From the NCBI GenBank assembly GCA_051746405.1, contig JBNJFB010000045.1:1-19510 (forward strand): a stretch of 19,510 nt of DNA. The letters are read 5' to 3'. Source of the stretch: Campylobacterota bacterium (lineage in GTDB: Bacteria > Campylobacterota > Campylobacteria > Campylobacterales > Arcobacteraceae). Made by a program: the position numbers and the translations under genes. The stretch's first letter is position 1; each line of letters begins with the position of its first letter. Shown here in pieces: positions 7,500 through 16,854 of the stretch. Below the pieces are notes generated by a model. The model worked only from the letters and a program-made list of their open reading frames with translations. It had not been told where the DNA came from and searched no databases.

Positions 7500-9854
7500 T
7501 TAGCTTTTTGGAGTTTTTTTTCTAGTTGTTGTTTTTTTAGCTGTAGTTTTTTTTGTTGTTGTCTTCTTTGCAGTACTCTTTTTTGCTGTAGTTTTAGATT
7601 TTGGATCTTTTTGTATTATATCTTGGCACTCTTGAAGTGTTAAATCTTCAGCAACTTTTCCTTTTGGTATTTTAAAATTTTTTCTACCTTGTTTTATATA
7701 AGGTCCATATCTACCATCTAAAACTGTGATTTTCTCTTTTTCAAACTCTTTTATGGTTGCTTTTGCTTTTGCTTCATCAAGCTCTTTTATTACCTCATTG
7801 GCTCTATCTTCTTTGATTTTATATGGGTCATCATTTTTTATTGAATAAAACTTTGTATTTACTTTTAAATAAGGACCAAATCTTCCAATATTTGCAACTA
7901 TATCATCACCATTTGGTGTTTGTCCAACAACTCTTGGTAACGTAAATAAAAAAAGTGCCTCATCAAGTGTGATTGTGTCCATATTTAGATGCTCAGGAAT
8001 AGCTACAAACTTAGGTTTTTCTTCATCATCTTTTGTTCCTATTTGAACAAAAGGACCATATCTTCCAACTCTTGCAGATATTGGTTTACCTGATTTTGGG
8101 TCAGTACCTATCTGTCTTATTTGCAAATAGTCTTCTTTATTTACACTTTTTTCTTTATCTTCAATGGTTTTTTTAAACTTACCATAAAACTCATTCATCA
8201 CCTGTTCCCAAGCGATTTTTCCCTCAGCTATTTCATCAAACTCTTCTTCAATTTTTGCAGTAAATCCTAAATCTACTATATCTGAGAAGTGATCTGTTAA
8301 AAAAGAGTTTACAATCTCACCAGTTGGAGTTGGAGCAAGCCTTTTATCTTCAGTTCTTTTTACATACTCTCTTTGTTGAATTGTTGAAATAGTTGGGGCA
8401 TAAGTTGATGGTCTTCCTATTCCTTCACTTTCAAGTTTTTTAACCAAACTAGCCTCTGTATATCTAGCAGGTGGTTTTGTAAAAAGTTGTTCTAAATCTA
8501 ATTTTTCTAAATCCAAAACAGTATCTTTTTTAATAGTTGGCAATATTTTTTCACTACTATCAAGTGCAGCTTCAGGATTATCACTTCCTTCTGTATATGC
8601 TTTCATAAAACCTGGGAAAACTATTCTTTGACCTTTTGCTTGAAACTCATACTCTTTGTTTATTCCTGCACTTATTTTATAAGTAGTATTTGCCATTTTT
8701 GCAGGTGCCATTTGAGTAGCCACTGTTCTTTTCCAAATAAGACTATAAACTCTATATTGACCTGGCTGTACATAGGGTTTAATTTCACTTGGTTTTAGTG
8801 CTAAATTTACAGGTCTAATAGCTTCGTGTGCTTCTTGAGCTCCTTTAGCTTTTGATTTATAATGCCGTGGTTTAGGTAGTGTATAATCATCTCCATACTC
8901 TTGTTGGATTACTTTTTTTGCTGCACTTGTTGCAACAGTTGATAGATTTAATGAGTCTGTTCTCATATATGTAATCAAACCACCAAAGTGACCAGGGATA
9001 CTACCCACATTACCCTCATAAAGTTGCTGTGCTATTATCATAGTTTGCTTTACAGAAAGACCTATTTTTCTACTAGCTTCTTGCTGTAGTGTTGATGTGG
9101 TAAAAGGAGCTGCAGGATTTCTTTTTGACTCTTTTTCTTCAATATCTACTAGTTTAAATTCACCTTGTTTAACTGAAGATTCTACTACTTTAGCTTCTTG
9201 TTCATTCTTTATTTTAATATTAGAGCCATTATATTTAGCAAGTTCTGCTTTAAACTTAGGATCTAAAAATTCAGACTTTATCTTCCAGTACTCTTCTGGA
9301 TTAAACTGCCTAATCTCGTTTTCCCTATCAACTATAATCTTAACAGCGACACTTTGAACTCTACCTGCACTAAGTCCATATCTAACTTTTTTCCATAATA
9401 AAGGAGAGAGTTCATATCCAACTGCCCTATCTAAAACTCTTCTTGCTTGCTGTGCATCAACTAGATGTTGGTCAACATCCCTTGGGTTTTCAAGGGCTTT
9501 CATAATAGCATCTTTTGTAATTTCGTGAAAAACAATTCTTTTTATAGGGTTTTTTTCTATTTTAAGTGCAGGAATTAAATGCCAAGCAATAGCCTCACCC
9601 TCTCTATCCTCATCGGCCGCTAGATAGATAGTTGTATCTTTAGTAATCTCTTTTTTCAAATCAGATATTACTTTTTTCTTATCTGTGGAGATTAAATACT
9701 TTGGTTTGAAGTTATCTTCTGGGTCAAACCCTAACTTTGATTTTGGTAAATCTCTTACATGACCCATTGATGCCATTACTTTATAATCTTTACCTAGAAA
9801 CTTTGATATTGTCTTTGCTTTTGCAGGTGACTCAACTATTACTAAATTCTTCAC
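7500..9854 (-). CDS. topA: DNA topoisomerase I (type IA), GTG start
   Basis: TOPRIM LVIVESPAKAK, AADEDREGEAIAWH, SAGRVQS, PFTTSTLQQEAS, catalytic ITYMRTDS, AQEAHEAIRP and GIGRPSTYA, plus C-terminal GR(Y/F)GP repeats. Confidence 0.99.
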   Translation of the reverse strand: MKNLVIVESPAKAKTISKFLGKDYKVMASMGHVRDLPKSKLGFDPEDNFKPKYLISTDKKKVISDLKKEITKDTTIYLAADEDREGEAIAWHLIPALKIEKNPIKRIVFHEITKDAIMKALENPRDVDQHLVDAQQARRVLDRAVGYELSPLLWKKVRYGLSAGRVQSVAVKIIVDRENEIRQFNPEEYWKIKSEFLDPKFKAELAKYNGSNIKIKNEQEAKVVESSVKQGEFKLVDIEEKESKRNPAAPFTTSTLQQEASRKIGLSVKQTMIIAQQLYEGNVGSIPGHFGGLITYMRTDSLNLSTVATSAAKKVIQQEYGDDYTLPKPRHYKSKAKGAQEAHEAIRPVNLALKPSEIKPYVQPGQYRVYSLIWKRTVATQMAPAKMANTTYKISAGINKEYEFQAKGQRIVFPGFMKAYTEGSDNPEAALDSSEKILPTIKKDTVLDLEKLDLEQLFTKPPARYTEASLVKKLESEGIGRPSTYAPTISTIQQREYVKRTEDKRLAPTPTGEIVNSFLTDHFSDIVDLGFTAKIEEEFDEIAEGKIAWEQVMNEFYGKFKKTIEDKEKSVNKEDYLQIRQIGTDPKSGKPISARVGRYGPFVQIGTKDDEEKPKFVAIPEHLNMDTITLDEALFLFTLPRVVGQTPNGDDIVANIGRFGPYLKVNTKFYSIKNDDPYKIKEDRANEVIKELDEAKAKATIKEFEKEKITVLDGRYGPYIKQGRKNFKIPKGKVAEDLTLQECQDIIQKDPKSKTTAKKSTAKKTTTKKTTAKKTTTRKKTPKS
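7521..7595 (-). repeat. Five imperfect 15-bp coding tandem repeats (KTTAK-KSTAK-KTTTK-KTTAK-KTTTR) in the TopA tail
   Basis: Minus strand reads aaaactacagcaaaa / aagagtactgcaaag / aagacaacaacaaaa / aaaactacagctaaa / aaaacaacaactaga. Confidence 0.85.
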
Positions 9855-9884
9855 AAAAAAACCTTACATCTTTAAAATTTTGGA

Positions 9885-9893
9885 ATTTTAACA
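9885..9893 (-). promoter_or_regulatory. Putative extended -10 promoter of topA (TGTTAAAAT)
   Basis: Minus-strand TGnTAAAAT in the 55-bp murB-topA gap, about 31 bp upstream of the GTG. AAGGT RBS at 9861-9865. Confidence 0.6.
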
Positions 9894-9909
9894 TAATATA
9901 TTAATATTA

Positions 9910-10689
9910 CTAATAAACTATAATCTCTTTTTGAATATCTATATTAAATTCTTGTTTTATTTTCTCTTGGGCTAAGTTTATCATATAAATAGCCTCTTGG
10001 TATGTTCCACCACCATAATTTACTAAAAAATTTGCATGTTCATTAGAAAATCCCATACCACCTTTTTTATACCCTTTTAAACCAACTGCTTGGATTAATC
10101 TTCCTGCAAAATCATCTTTTGGATTTGCAAAACACGAACCAGCACTTGGCATTTGTGGTTGATTATCTCTCATCTTTTTAAACATCAAAGAGTTCTGTTG
10201 ACTATAACCATGCTCAATTTTAAAAACCACTTCATAAACTATTGTATCTATATTTGTACTTCTATATGAGTATTCTATACTCTTCTTTTTAATATAGCCT
10301 TTATTTGTTTTAATTGAGTGAATATAATTAAAAATTTCCCACTGTTTTAATCCAGCATTCATCTTAACTAATCCGCCAAGGGTACCTGGAAGTTTTCCCA
10401 AAAACTCCATATTTGCTATATTTTCCCTCTTTGCATAAGATAGAAGCTTACCTGACTTTGTAGCACAACCCACACGTAAGAAACCATCTTTTTGCTCTAT
10501 ATAATCAAACTTTTCACCTAAAATCGCAAACTTTGGATGATTTTGTGAAATAAGTACATTATTTGCCCTACCTAATATCTCATAATCACTATAATCACCT
10601 ATTTCATTTATTACTAAAACTTCACTTATTGGACCTATATGTAAAGATGAGTATTTAGAAAAGTCAATTTTTTTAAAATAGTTTTTCAC
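9910..10689 (-). CDS. murB: UDP-N-acetylenolpyruvoylglucosamine reductase, GTG start
   Basis: LPGTLGGLVKMNAG, YSYRS, QPQMPSAGSCFANP, AGRLIQAVGLKG and FSNEHANFLVN. Short Campylobacterota-type MurB. Confidence 0.96.
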   Translation of the reverse strand: MKNYFKKIDFSKYSSLHIGPISEVLVINEIGDYSDYEILGRANNVLISQNHPKFAILGEKFDYIEQKDGFLRVGCATKSGKLLSYAKRENIANMEFLGKLPGTLGGLVKMNAGLKQWEIFNYIHSIKTNKGYIKKKSIEYSYRSTNIDTIVYEVVFKIEHGYSQQNSLMFKKMRDNQPQMPSAGSCFANPKDDFAGRLIQAVGLKGYKKGGMGFSNEHANFLVNYGGGTYQEAIYMINLAQEKIKQEFNIDIQKEIIVY

Positions 10690-10704
10690 GTATATTTTAT
10701 ACCT

Positions 10705-11568
10705 CTACCTTGCTCTTAACTCTTCATACTCACTTGGTATTAAAAAATCTTTTGCTTTGATAAGATTTTCATAAAACCCATGTTTATAACCAAGTTCAAA
10801 TAGCTTATCTAAAGCCTTATACTGAATCTCACTTAAAAGAACAGAGTTGTCATTTGCATATAAATCTAAATAGTTATCCAAAGTTTTAGCATCTACTCTA
10901 ATTAAATCTTTTTCTAATAACATAGGAGCTAATACTTTTCTATTTCTATTTGCCACATCCACAGCTTTTATAAGTGTATTTTCATAATCTATTGCACTAT
11001 GAAGTGGAATTGAACGTCTTAAACACATTCCACCTAAAGGTAAAGGCAAATCTCCACCACTTAGCTCTTCCCATATATCCCACATCTCTTTTTCCACTTC
11101 AAGCTCTTTGCTAAAATCTAAAATTGACTCATGTATTAAAACCCCTGCATCAACTTCATCACTTAATACTGCTTTTTCTATTTCTAAAAAGTTCATATAA
11201 GTAACTCTTGCATTAGGGTATGCTATTTTAAATAGTAGTGCATTTGTAGTAAACTCCCCACTTAAGGCCACTTTGAAGTTTTTTCTTAACTTTTTATCTT
11301 TTTTCTTTATTAATTTTGGTCCATAGCCTTGCCCGAAAGAAACAGCTGTTTTTAATAAAGCAAAATCATCTTTTATGAAAGGATATAGTGCAAAAGATAT
11401 GGCACATATATCATACTCACCTTTTAAGGTAGCTTGATTTAGAGTCTCTATATCTGCTGCAATATTTTCAAACACAGCATCTTTTGGTGTTACCCAACCA
11501 AACTTAATAGCATAATACATAAAAATATCATCTGCATCAGGAGAGTGGGCTACTAAAATATTTTTCAA
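10705..11568 (-). CDS. mqnD: 1,4-dihydroxy-6-naphthoate synthase (futalosine menaquinone pathway, MqnA/MqnD family), TTG start
   Basis: HSPDADDIFMYYA, ADIETLN, GYGPKL, TTNALL, AGVLIHE (catalytic His motif), LPLPLGG and LYAN. AAGGA RBS lies upstream. Confidence 0.88.
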   Translation of the reverse strand: MKNILVAHSPDADDIFMYYAIKFGWVTPKDAVFENIAADIETLNQATLKGEYDICAISFALYPFIKDDFALLKTAVSFGQGYGPKLIKKKDKKLRKNFKVALSGEFTTNALLFKIAYPNARVTYMNFLEIEKAVLSDEVDAGVLIHESILDFSKELEVEKEMWDIWEELSGGDLPLPLGGMCLRRSIPLHSAIDYENTLIKAVDVANRNRKVLAPMLLEKDLIRVDAKTLDNYLDLYANDNSVLLSEIQYKALDKLFELGYKHGFYENLIKAKDFLIPSEYEELRAR

Positions 11569-11594
11569 AGTTAATCCTTAGTTTTTGATATAGG

Positions 11595-11603
11595 ATTTTA
11601 GCA
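11595..11603 (-). promoter_or_regulatory. Putative extended -10 promoter of mqnD (TGCTAAAAT)
   Basis: Minus-strand TGnTAAAAT about 27 bp upstream of the TTG. A second candidate, GATATAAT, lies at 11623-11630. Confidence 0.6.
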
Positions 11604-11651
11604 AGTTATGGTTTACTTTTAGATTATATCTTGAACTCTAAGATTTTACTC

Positions 11652-13154
11652 TTAGAATCCAAAGTTTGTTACGTAGTGTGAGATTATATTTAGTAAAGGC
11701 TCTATATATAGTATTGAAGTAATAGTTAAAAACACTGCAAACCCAACAACTGATTTCATAGCAGGGGTTGCATTTTGTAAAAACTTAATATTTTGTCCCT
11801 CTTCTGGGTTTCTTAAGAACATATAAGAAACAGGTCTTAAGTAGTAATATGCTGCAATTACAGAGTTTAATACTATTATAACAGCAAGTGCTATCTCACC
11901 TGCATTCACTGCACTTGATACTAAATACATTTTTCCCCAAAATAGTGCAAATGGAGGAAGTCCTGTAAGGGCAAATAAAAACAGCCCTAATATTGATGCA
12001 GTAAATGGTGAAATCTGAGCTAACCCTGAATATTTTTTAAATGAGTATGGTGAATGATAATCATCATACTCTTTACCTCTATTTAGCCATAACATACCAA
12101 AAGCACCAAAGTTAGTTACTGTAAATAGTATCCAGTATAAAAATAGTGCATTTGCAGCTTGATTTGTACCTATTAAAATTGCAGCCATTGCCATACCTGC
12201 ATTTGAAATGGATGAGTAAGCAAGCATTCTTTTAATATCTGTTTGCTGTAGTGCAATGATATTTGGAATAGTCATAGTTAAAACAACTGTAATATAAAGC
12301 ATTATATAAATAATCATATCACCACTATGTACAAACACATCAAAGAATCTAAGTGCTACAACAAATCCAGCCATTTTTGGAACAACTGACATAAAACCAG
12401 CTAAAGCAGATGTTGAACCTTGATAAACATCTGGTACCCATGTATGAAATGGAAATAGTGATAACTTAAATCCAAGTGCAGCAAACATAAATACAAAACC
12501 AACTAGTACCATCACATAGTTACCAAAGTTTTCACCTGATAAATAGTTTTGTTCACTTAATACTTGTGTTATTACAGTTAATTCCAATGAACCTGTAAGA
12601 GCATATAGAATCATAGAACCAAATACAAAAAATGCAGCTGCCAATGCACCCATAGTAAAGTACTTAACTGATGCTTCAATTGATACCATTCTATTATGCA
12701 TAGCAATCATTGTATAAAGTGATAGCGATGCAGTTTCAAGCCCTACAAAAATCAAGATAAGTGAATCTGTACTTACCATAAATTGAAAACCTGCAACCAT
12801 AAATAGATATAGTGCAAAATATTCAGCATGCCTAAAGTCTTGGAATCTAAGCTTTGATAATCCTAAGAAAATAAATAGAATTGAACCACCAATAATAATA
12901 CACTGTGATAGTATTGCTATACCATCAAGTAGCATTATGTCAAAAAGACCTCTTTCTTCACCTGAGAATGCTAAAAGTGTAAATAGATCAAATACTAAAA
13001 ATAGTATTACAATCATTACATAAAGTGATTTGTGTTTGTTTTTATTAAATAAATCAGTTAATAAAATACTTACCGCACCAATAAGTGCAATTGTCATAGG
13101 TGCTAATGTACCTAAATTTAAATCTTCTAAACTAATTGAAATAGGCTCAAGCAT
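11652..13154 (-). CDS. nuoN: NADH-quinone oxidoreductase (complex I) subunit N
   Basis: GLETASL, EASVKYF, GFKLSLFPFHTWVPDVYQG, KRMLAYSSI and AYYYLR. Last gene of the nuo run, with TAATG overlap with nuoM. Confidence 0.97.
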   Translation of the reverse strand: MLEPISISLEDLNLGTLAPMTIALIGAVSILLTDLFNKNKHKSLYVMIVILFLVFDLFTLLAFSGEERGLFDIMLLDGIAILSQCIIIGGSILFIFLGLSKLRFQDFRHAEYFALYLFMVAGFQFMVSTDSLILIFVGLETASLSLYTMIAMHNRMVSIEASVKYFTMGALAAAFFVFGSMILYALTGSLELTVITQVLSEQNYLSGENFGNYVMVLVGFVFMFAALGFKLSLFPFHTWVPDVYQGSTSALAGFMSVVPKMAGFVVALRFFDVFVHSGDMIIYIMLYITVVLTMTIPNIIALQQTDIKRMLAYSSISNAGMAMAAILIGTNQAANALFLYWILFTVTNFGAFGMLWLNRGKEYDDYHSPYSFKKYSGLAQISPFTASILGLFLFALTGLPPFALFWGKMYLVSSAVNAGEIALAVIIVLNSVIAAYYYLRPVSYMFLRNPEEGQNIKFLQNATPAMKSVVGFAVFLTITSILYIEPLLNIISHYVTNFGF

Positions 13155-14680
13155 TACTTAACCTCGCTTACTACATTTAAGGATTTTAATTTCTCTTTTG
13201 TATCTTCATTTACTGCTTTGATTTCCATAACTTTTGTTAGGTGTTCAACAGTTGTATTTAGTGGTTGCAGTACAACTTTTGGATAAATACCAAGTGCAAT
13301 AATAATAGTTACTAAAGAACCAAGTGCGAATAACTCTCTTCCAAATATATCTTTTAAACCTTTATTTTTTGGGTTTATTAAATTACCAAAAAATGTTCTT
13401 TTGTACATAGACAACATATAAACTGCACTTAATACAATAGTTAATGAAGCTACAAAAGTCCAAAATGGTGAGACTTTAAAGAAACCAAGTAGTGATAAAA
13501 ATTCACCAACAAAACCAATAGTTAAAGGTAGTCCAATTGATGCAAAAAGTACTATTGCATAAACTAATGCAAACATCGGCATATTTTTAGCTAATCCACC
13601 AAACTCTTTAATCATCTTGGTTTTTCTTCTATCATATAAGACCCCTACACTCATAAAAAGTGCGCCGGAGACTATACCATGACCTATCATAAGAAATACA
13701 GCCCCTGAAATACCCTCTGTATTTAAAGCAAATACACCTAAGATAATTACACCCATATGTGAAATTGATGAGTATGCAATCATCTGTTTCATATCTTCTT
13801 GTGCGTAAGCTAACATTGCTGTATAAATAATGGCTATAATACCAAGTGAAGCCATAAACCACATAAAATAAACAGATGCATCAGGAAATAGTGGTAGTGA
13901 GAACCTAATAAAACCATATGTTTCCATTTTTAGTAAAACAGCTGCAAGAATAATAGAACCAATTGTTGGAGCTTCCCCATGGGCAATTGGAAGCCATGTA
14001 TGAAATGGAATCATAGGAACTTTTACAGCAAACCCAAAGAAGAATGCTATAAATAGCCATAACTGAACATCAAATGGTAATATTACACTATACCAATCAA
14101 GCAAGTTAAAGCTCCATACTCCTGTAGTTTGATAGAAAATATATCCAAAGTATAGCATACCAACAAGCATCACAAGGGAACCTGTAAATGTATATAAGAA
14201 GAATTTAATTGCTGCATAAAATCTTTTTTCTGCACCCCAAAATCCAATAATATAGAACATTGGAATAAGAGTTAACTCCCAAAATACATAAAATAAGATT
14301 ACATCTAATGATACAAAAACACCAATCATTGTCATCTCTAAAAATAGCATTGTAATAATTAGATTTTTAATATCTCTTTTTTCTGTTAATCCTATAATTG
14401 ATATCATTGTCATAAATGTAATCATTACAATTAAGAAAAGACTAACCCCATCAACTCCAGCTACATAGCCAATACCTAATGAAGGGATTAAAGGTAGGTT
14501 TTGAACAAACTGCATACCCGCTACATCTGGGTCAAAGTGATACCATAAAAGTAAAGCTAAAACAAACTCAACAACTGTTACAACAACACCATATTGCCTC
14601 ATTGAGTTTTTATCAACTAAAAATCCAACTGTTGCTGCTGCTGCTGGGAAGAATATCAGCATCGATAAAATATTTTCCAT
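13154..14680 (-). CDS. nuoM: Complex I subunit M
   Basis: GVDGVS, FYVFWE, YAAIKFFLYT, FAVKVPMIPFHTWLP, IAYSSISHMG and GFVGEF. Confidence 0.97.
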   Translation of the reverse strand: MENILSMLIFFPAAAATVGFLVDKNSMRQYGVVVTVVEFVLALLLWYHFDPDVAGMQFVQNLPLIPSLGIGYVAGVDGVSLFLIVMITFMTMISIIGLTEKRDIKNLIITMLFLEMTMIGVFVSLDVILFYVFWELTLIPMFYIIGFWGAEKRFYAAIKFFLYTFTGSLVMLVGMLYFGYIFYQTTGVWSFNLLDWYSVILPFDVQLWLFIAFFFGFAVKVPMIPFHTWLPIAHGEAPTIGSIILAAVLLKMETYGFIRFSLPLFPDASVYFMWFMASLGIIAIIYTAMLAYAQEDMKQMIAYSSISHMGVIILGVFALNTEGISGAVFLMIGHGIVSGALFMSVGVLYDRRKTKMIKEFGGLAKNMPMFALVYAIVLFASIGLPLTIGFVGEFLSLLGFFKVSPFWTFVASLTIVLSAVYMLSMYKRTFFGNLINPKNKGLKDIFGRELFALGSLVTIIIALGIYPKVVLQPLNTTVEHLTKVMEIKAVNEDTKEKLKSLNVVSEVK

Positions 14681-14692
14681 TTACATAACCCC

Positions 14693-16552
14693 TTATAGTA
14701 CCGCTAAGACTAATGCAAACAGAAGGCCTAAAATAACCCCCGTAATCATTAGTCTTAATGATGTTGATAAATTACCTGATTGAATCGGTCTAGCTAGTGA
14801 ACCTAGTTTATAAATTGATTTTGCAATATTATCTATTGTATTATCAATTATTTTTACTTCAACCACATTAAAAAACCAAACTGACATAGCATAGTATGGT
14901 TTTGAAATAACTTTTTCATAAATCTTAGGAATATAGTACTGATTTATTAAAAGTTTATAAATTGCATTGTTTTCCCACTCTTTACTAAATCCACCACTTC
15001 TATATTTTAAAACTGCAATAGCAATACCTAATATAGCAATTGCACTTGTTGCTAAAATCAGTATCCAAATAGTAGAGCTAGATATATTTGAAGCCTCCCA
15101 TGTAGGAAGTATTTGTGTTACAAAACCTGTAAAAGAGTGTTCAAACCAACCTGCTATCACTGCTAAAATAGCAAGAGGAATCATTGAAGCTATCACAAAG
15201 TTTTTAGCTTCATGTGGATGGAACTGTTCATCACTATAGTTTTGCTTACCAAAGAAAATTTTCATAACTAATCTAAATGAATAGAATGCTGTTAAACCAG
15301 CTGTTATCCATAATACAGTCCATAAAACATAAGCATCTGCATTAAATGCTGCTTCTAAAATCTTATCCTTTGAGAAGAACCCTGCAAGTGGGAAGATTCC
15401 AGCTAGTGCTAAAGAAGCTACAATCATAATAATTGATGTGGCTTTCATCTTTTTGTGTAATCCACCCATCTTTCTAATATCAAGTTCATTATCCATAGCA
15501 TGCATTACATTACCAGCACCTAAGAATAGTACTGATTTAAAGAAGGCATGTGTTGCTAAATGAAATAGTGCTACCCAGTATGCACCAAGTCCAGCTGCTA
15601 CAAACATATATCCTAGTTGTGATAATGTTGAGTATGCAATAATTCTTTTCATATCATTATTTACAAGAGCCATAGTAGCAGCAAAAATAGCAACAAAAGC
15701 ACCAAGTAGTGCAATTGCATATCCAACTTCAGGTACAAGTGTATATAACTCATTTGCTCTTACTACTAAATAAACACCTGCTGTTACCATAGTTGCAGCG
15801 TGAATAAGTGCTGAAACAGGGGTAGGACCCTCCATCGCATCTGCAAGCCATGTGTGTAGTGGGAACTGTGCTGATTTACCCATTGCACCTAAAAATAACA
15901 GTCCACCAATCCACGCTAAAGTAGATGTTTCAAGGGTAGAAATGGTAGCAAACACAACGTCATACTGTAAGCTTCCTAAATTCCAATAGATTAAGAACAT
16001 ACCAATTAGAAGACCTAAATCCCCTACTCTGTTCATTATAAAGGCTTCATTTGCTGCCCAAGTAGCTGACTCTTTTTTATACCAAAAACCAATTAGTAGC
16101 CATGAACAAACTCCAACACCTTCCCATCCAATAAATAATACAGCAAAGTTATCAGACATAACAAGTATTAACATTGAAAATACGAATGCTGAAAGGTAAG
16201 AGAAGTATCTATTAAATCCTTCATCATGCTCCATATAACCTATTGAGTGAACATGAACCATAGTTGATACAACTGTAACAACAGCCATCATAGTAACTGA
16301 AATATGGTCAACAACAAATCCAAATGGAATATTTAAGCTACCACTTACAATCCATTCAAATAATTGTACATGAATAACTTCATTGGTTGAAAACACATGT
16401 TGTAAAAGATTTAGTGATGCGTACATTGAAACAGCCAACATAAATGATGTGAACCACCCAATAAACACTTTTTTCTCTTGCATTGAGAAAAGTGCTGCTA
16501 TAAGTGAACCAACAATTGGGGCAAATAGTGCTATATATACAAATTTTTCCAT
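14693..16552 (-). CDS. nuoL: Complex I subunit L
   Basis: FIGWEGVG, NRVGD, GKSAQFPLHTWLADAMEGPTPVSALIHAATMVTAG, IAYSTLSQLGYM, HAFFK and GFFSKD. Confidence 0.98.
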   Translation of the reverse strand: MEKFVYIALFAPIVGSLIAALFSMQEKKVFIGWFTSFMLAVSMYASLNLLQHVFSTNEVIHVQLFEWIVSGSLNIPFGFVVDHISVTMMAVVTVVSTMVHVHSIGYMEHDEGFNRYFSYLSAFVFSMLILVMSDNFAVLFIGWEGVGVCSWLLIGFWYKKESATWAANEAFIMNRVGDLGLLIGMFLIYWNLGSLQYDVVFATISTLETSTLAWIGGLLFLGAMGKSAQFPLHTWLADAMEGPTPVSALIHAATMVTAGVYLVVRANELYTLVPEVGYAIALLGAFVAIFAATMALVNNDMKRIIAYSTLSQLGYMFVAAGLGAYWVALFHLATHAFFKSVLFLGAGNVMHAMDNELDIRKMGGLHKKMKATSIIMIVASLALAGIFPLAGFFSKDKILEAAFNADAYVLWTVLWITAGLTAFYSFRLVMKIFFGKQNYSDEQFHPHEAKNFVIASMIPLAILAVIAGWFEHSFTGFVTQILPTWEASNISSSTIWILILATSAIAILGIAIAVLKYRSGGFSKEWENNAIYKLLINQYYIPKIYEKVISKPYYAMSVWFFNVVEVKIIDNTIDNIAKSIYKLGSLARPIQSGNLSTSLRLMITGVILGLLFALVLAVL

Positions 16553-16554
16553 TA

Positions 16555-16854
16555 TTACCCCTTCATCCCTTGGATATCATCTAAGTTGATAGAGCCTGTT
16601 CTTTTATACCAAAGAATTAAAAGCCCAAGACCAATAGCAACTTCACTAGCTGCAACTGCAATAATAAAGAAAGCAAACATTTGTCCCGATAAATCCCCAT
16701 GAAACTTAGAAACTGCTGCTAAACCCACATTTACAGCATTTAACATAATCTCCGTAGAGAAAAAAAGCATTAAAACATTTTTTCTTCTAATTACACCAAT
16801 GAGTCCTATGCAAAATAGAACTATTGATAAAATCAAATAGGCATTAAGTGTCAT
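16555..16854 (-). CDS. nuoK: Complex I subunit K
   Basis: Three TM segments, RRKN...EIMLNA and AVAASEVAIGLGL. ATGA overlap with nuoJ. Confidence 0.97.
   Translation of the reverse strand: MTLNAYLILSIVLFCIGLIGVIRRKNVLMLFFSTEIMLNAVNVGLAAVSKFHGDLSGQMFAFFIIAVAASEVAIGLGLLILWYKRTGSINLDDIQGMKG

Noticed and set aside
7494..7502. Triple TAA stop after topA and double stop after murB
   Set aside because: Tandem stops are expected in AT-rich genomes and imply no special function.
9852..11568. Three consecutive non-ATG starts (mqnD TTG, murB GTG, topA GTG)
   Set aside because: Non-ATG starts are common in Campylobacterota, so this is not enough to infer a regulatory system.
6118..16589. Short alternative ORFs at 6118-6318, 9097-9357, 13632-13862, 14479-14688, 14967-15239 and 16383-16589
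   Set aside because: All overlap conserved housekeeping CDSs and show no motifs or independent expression signals that I could find.
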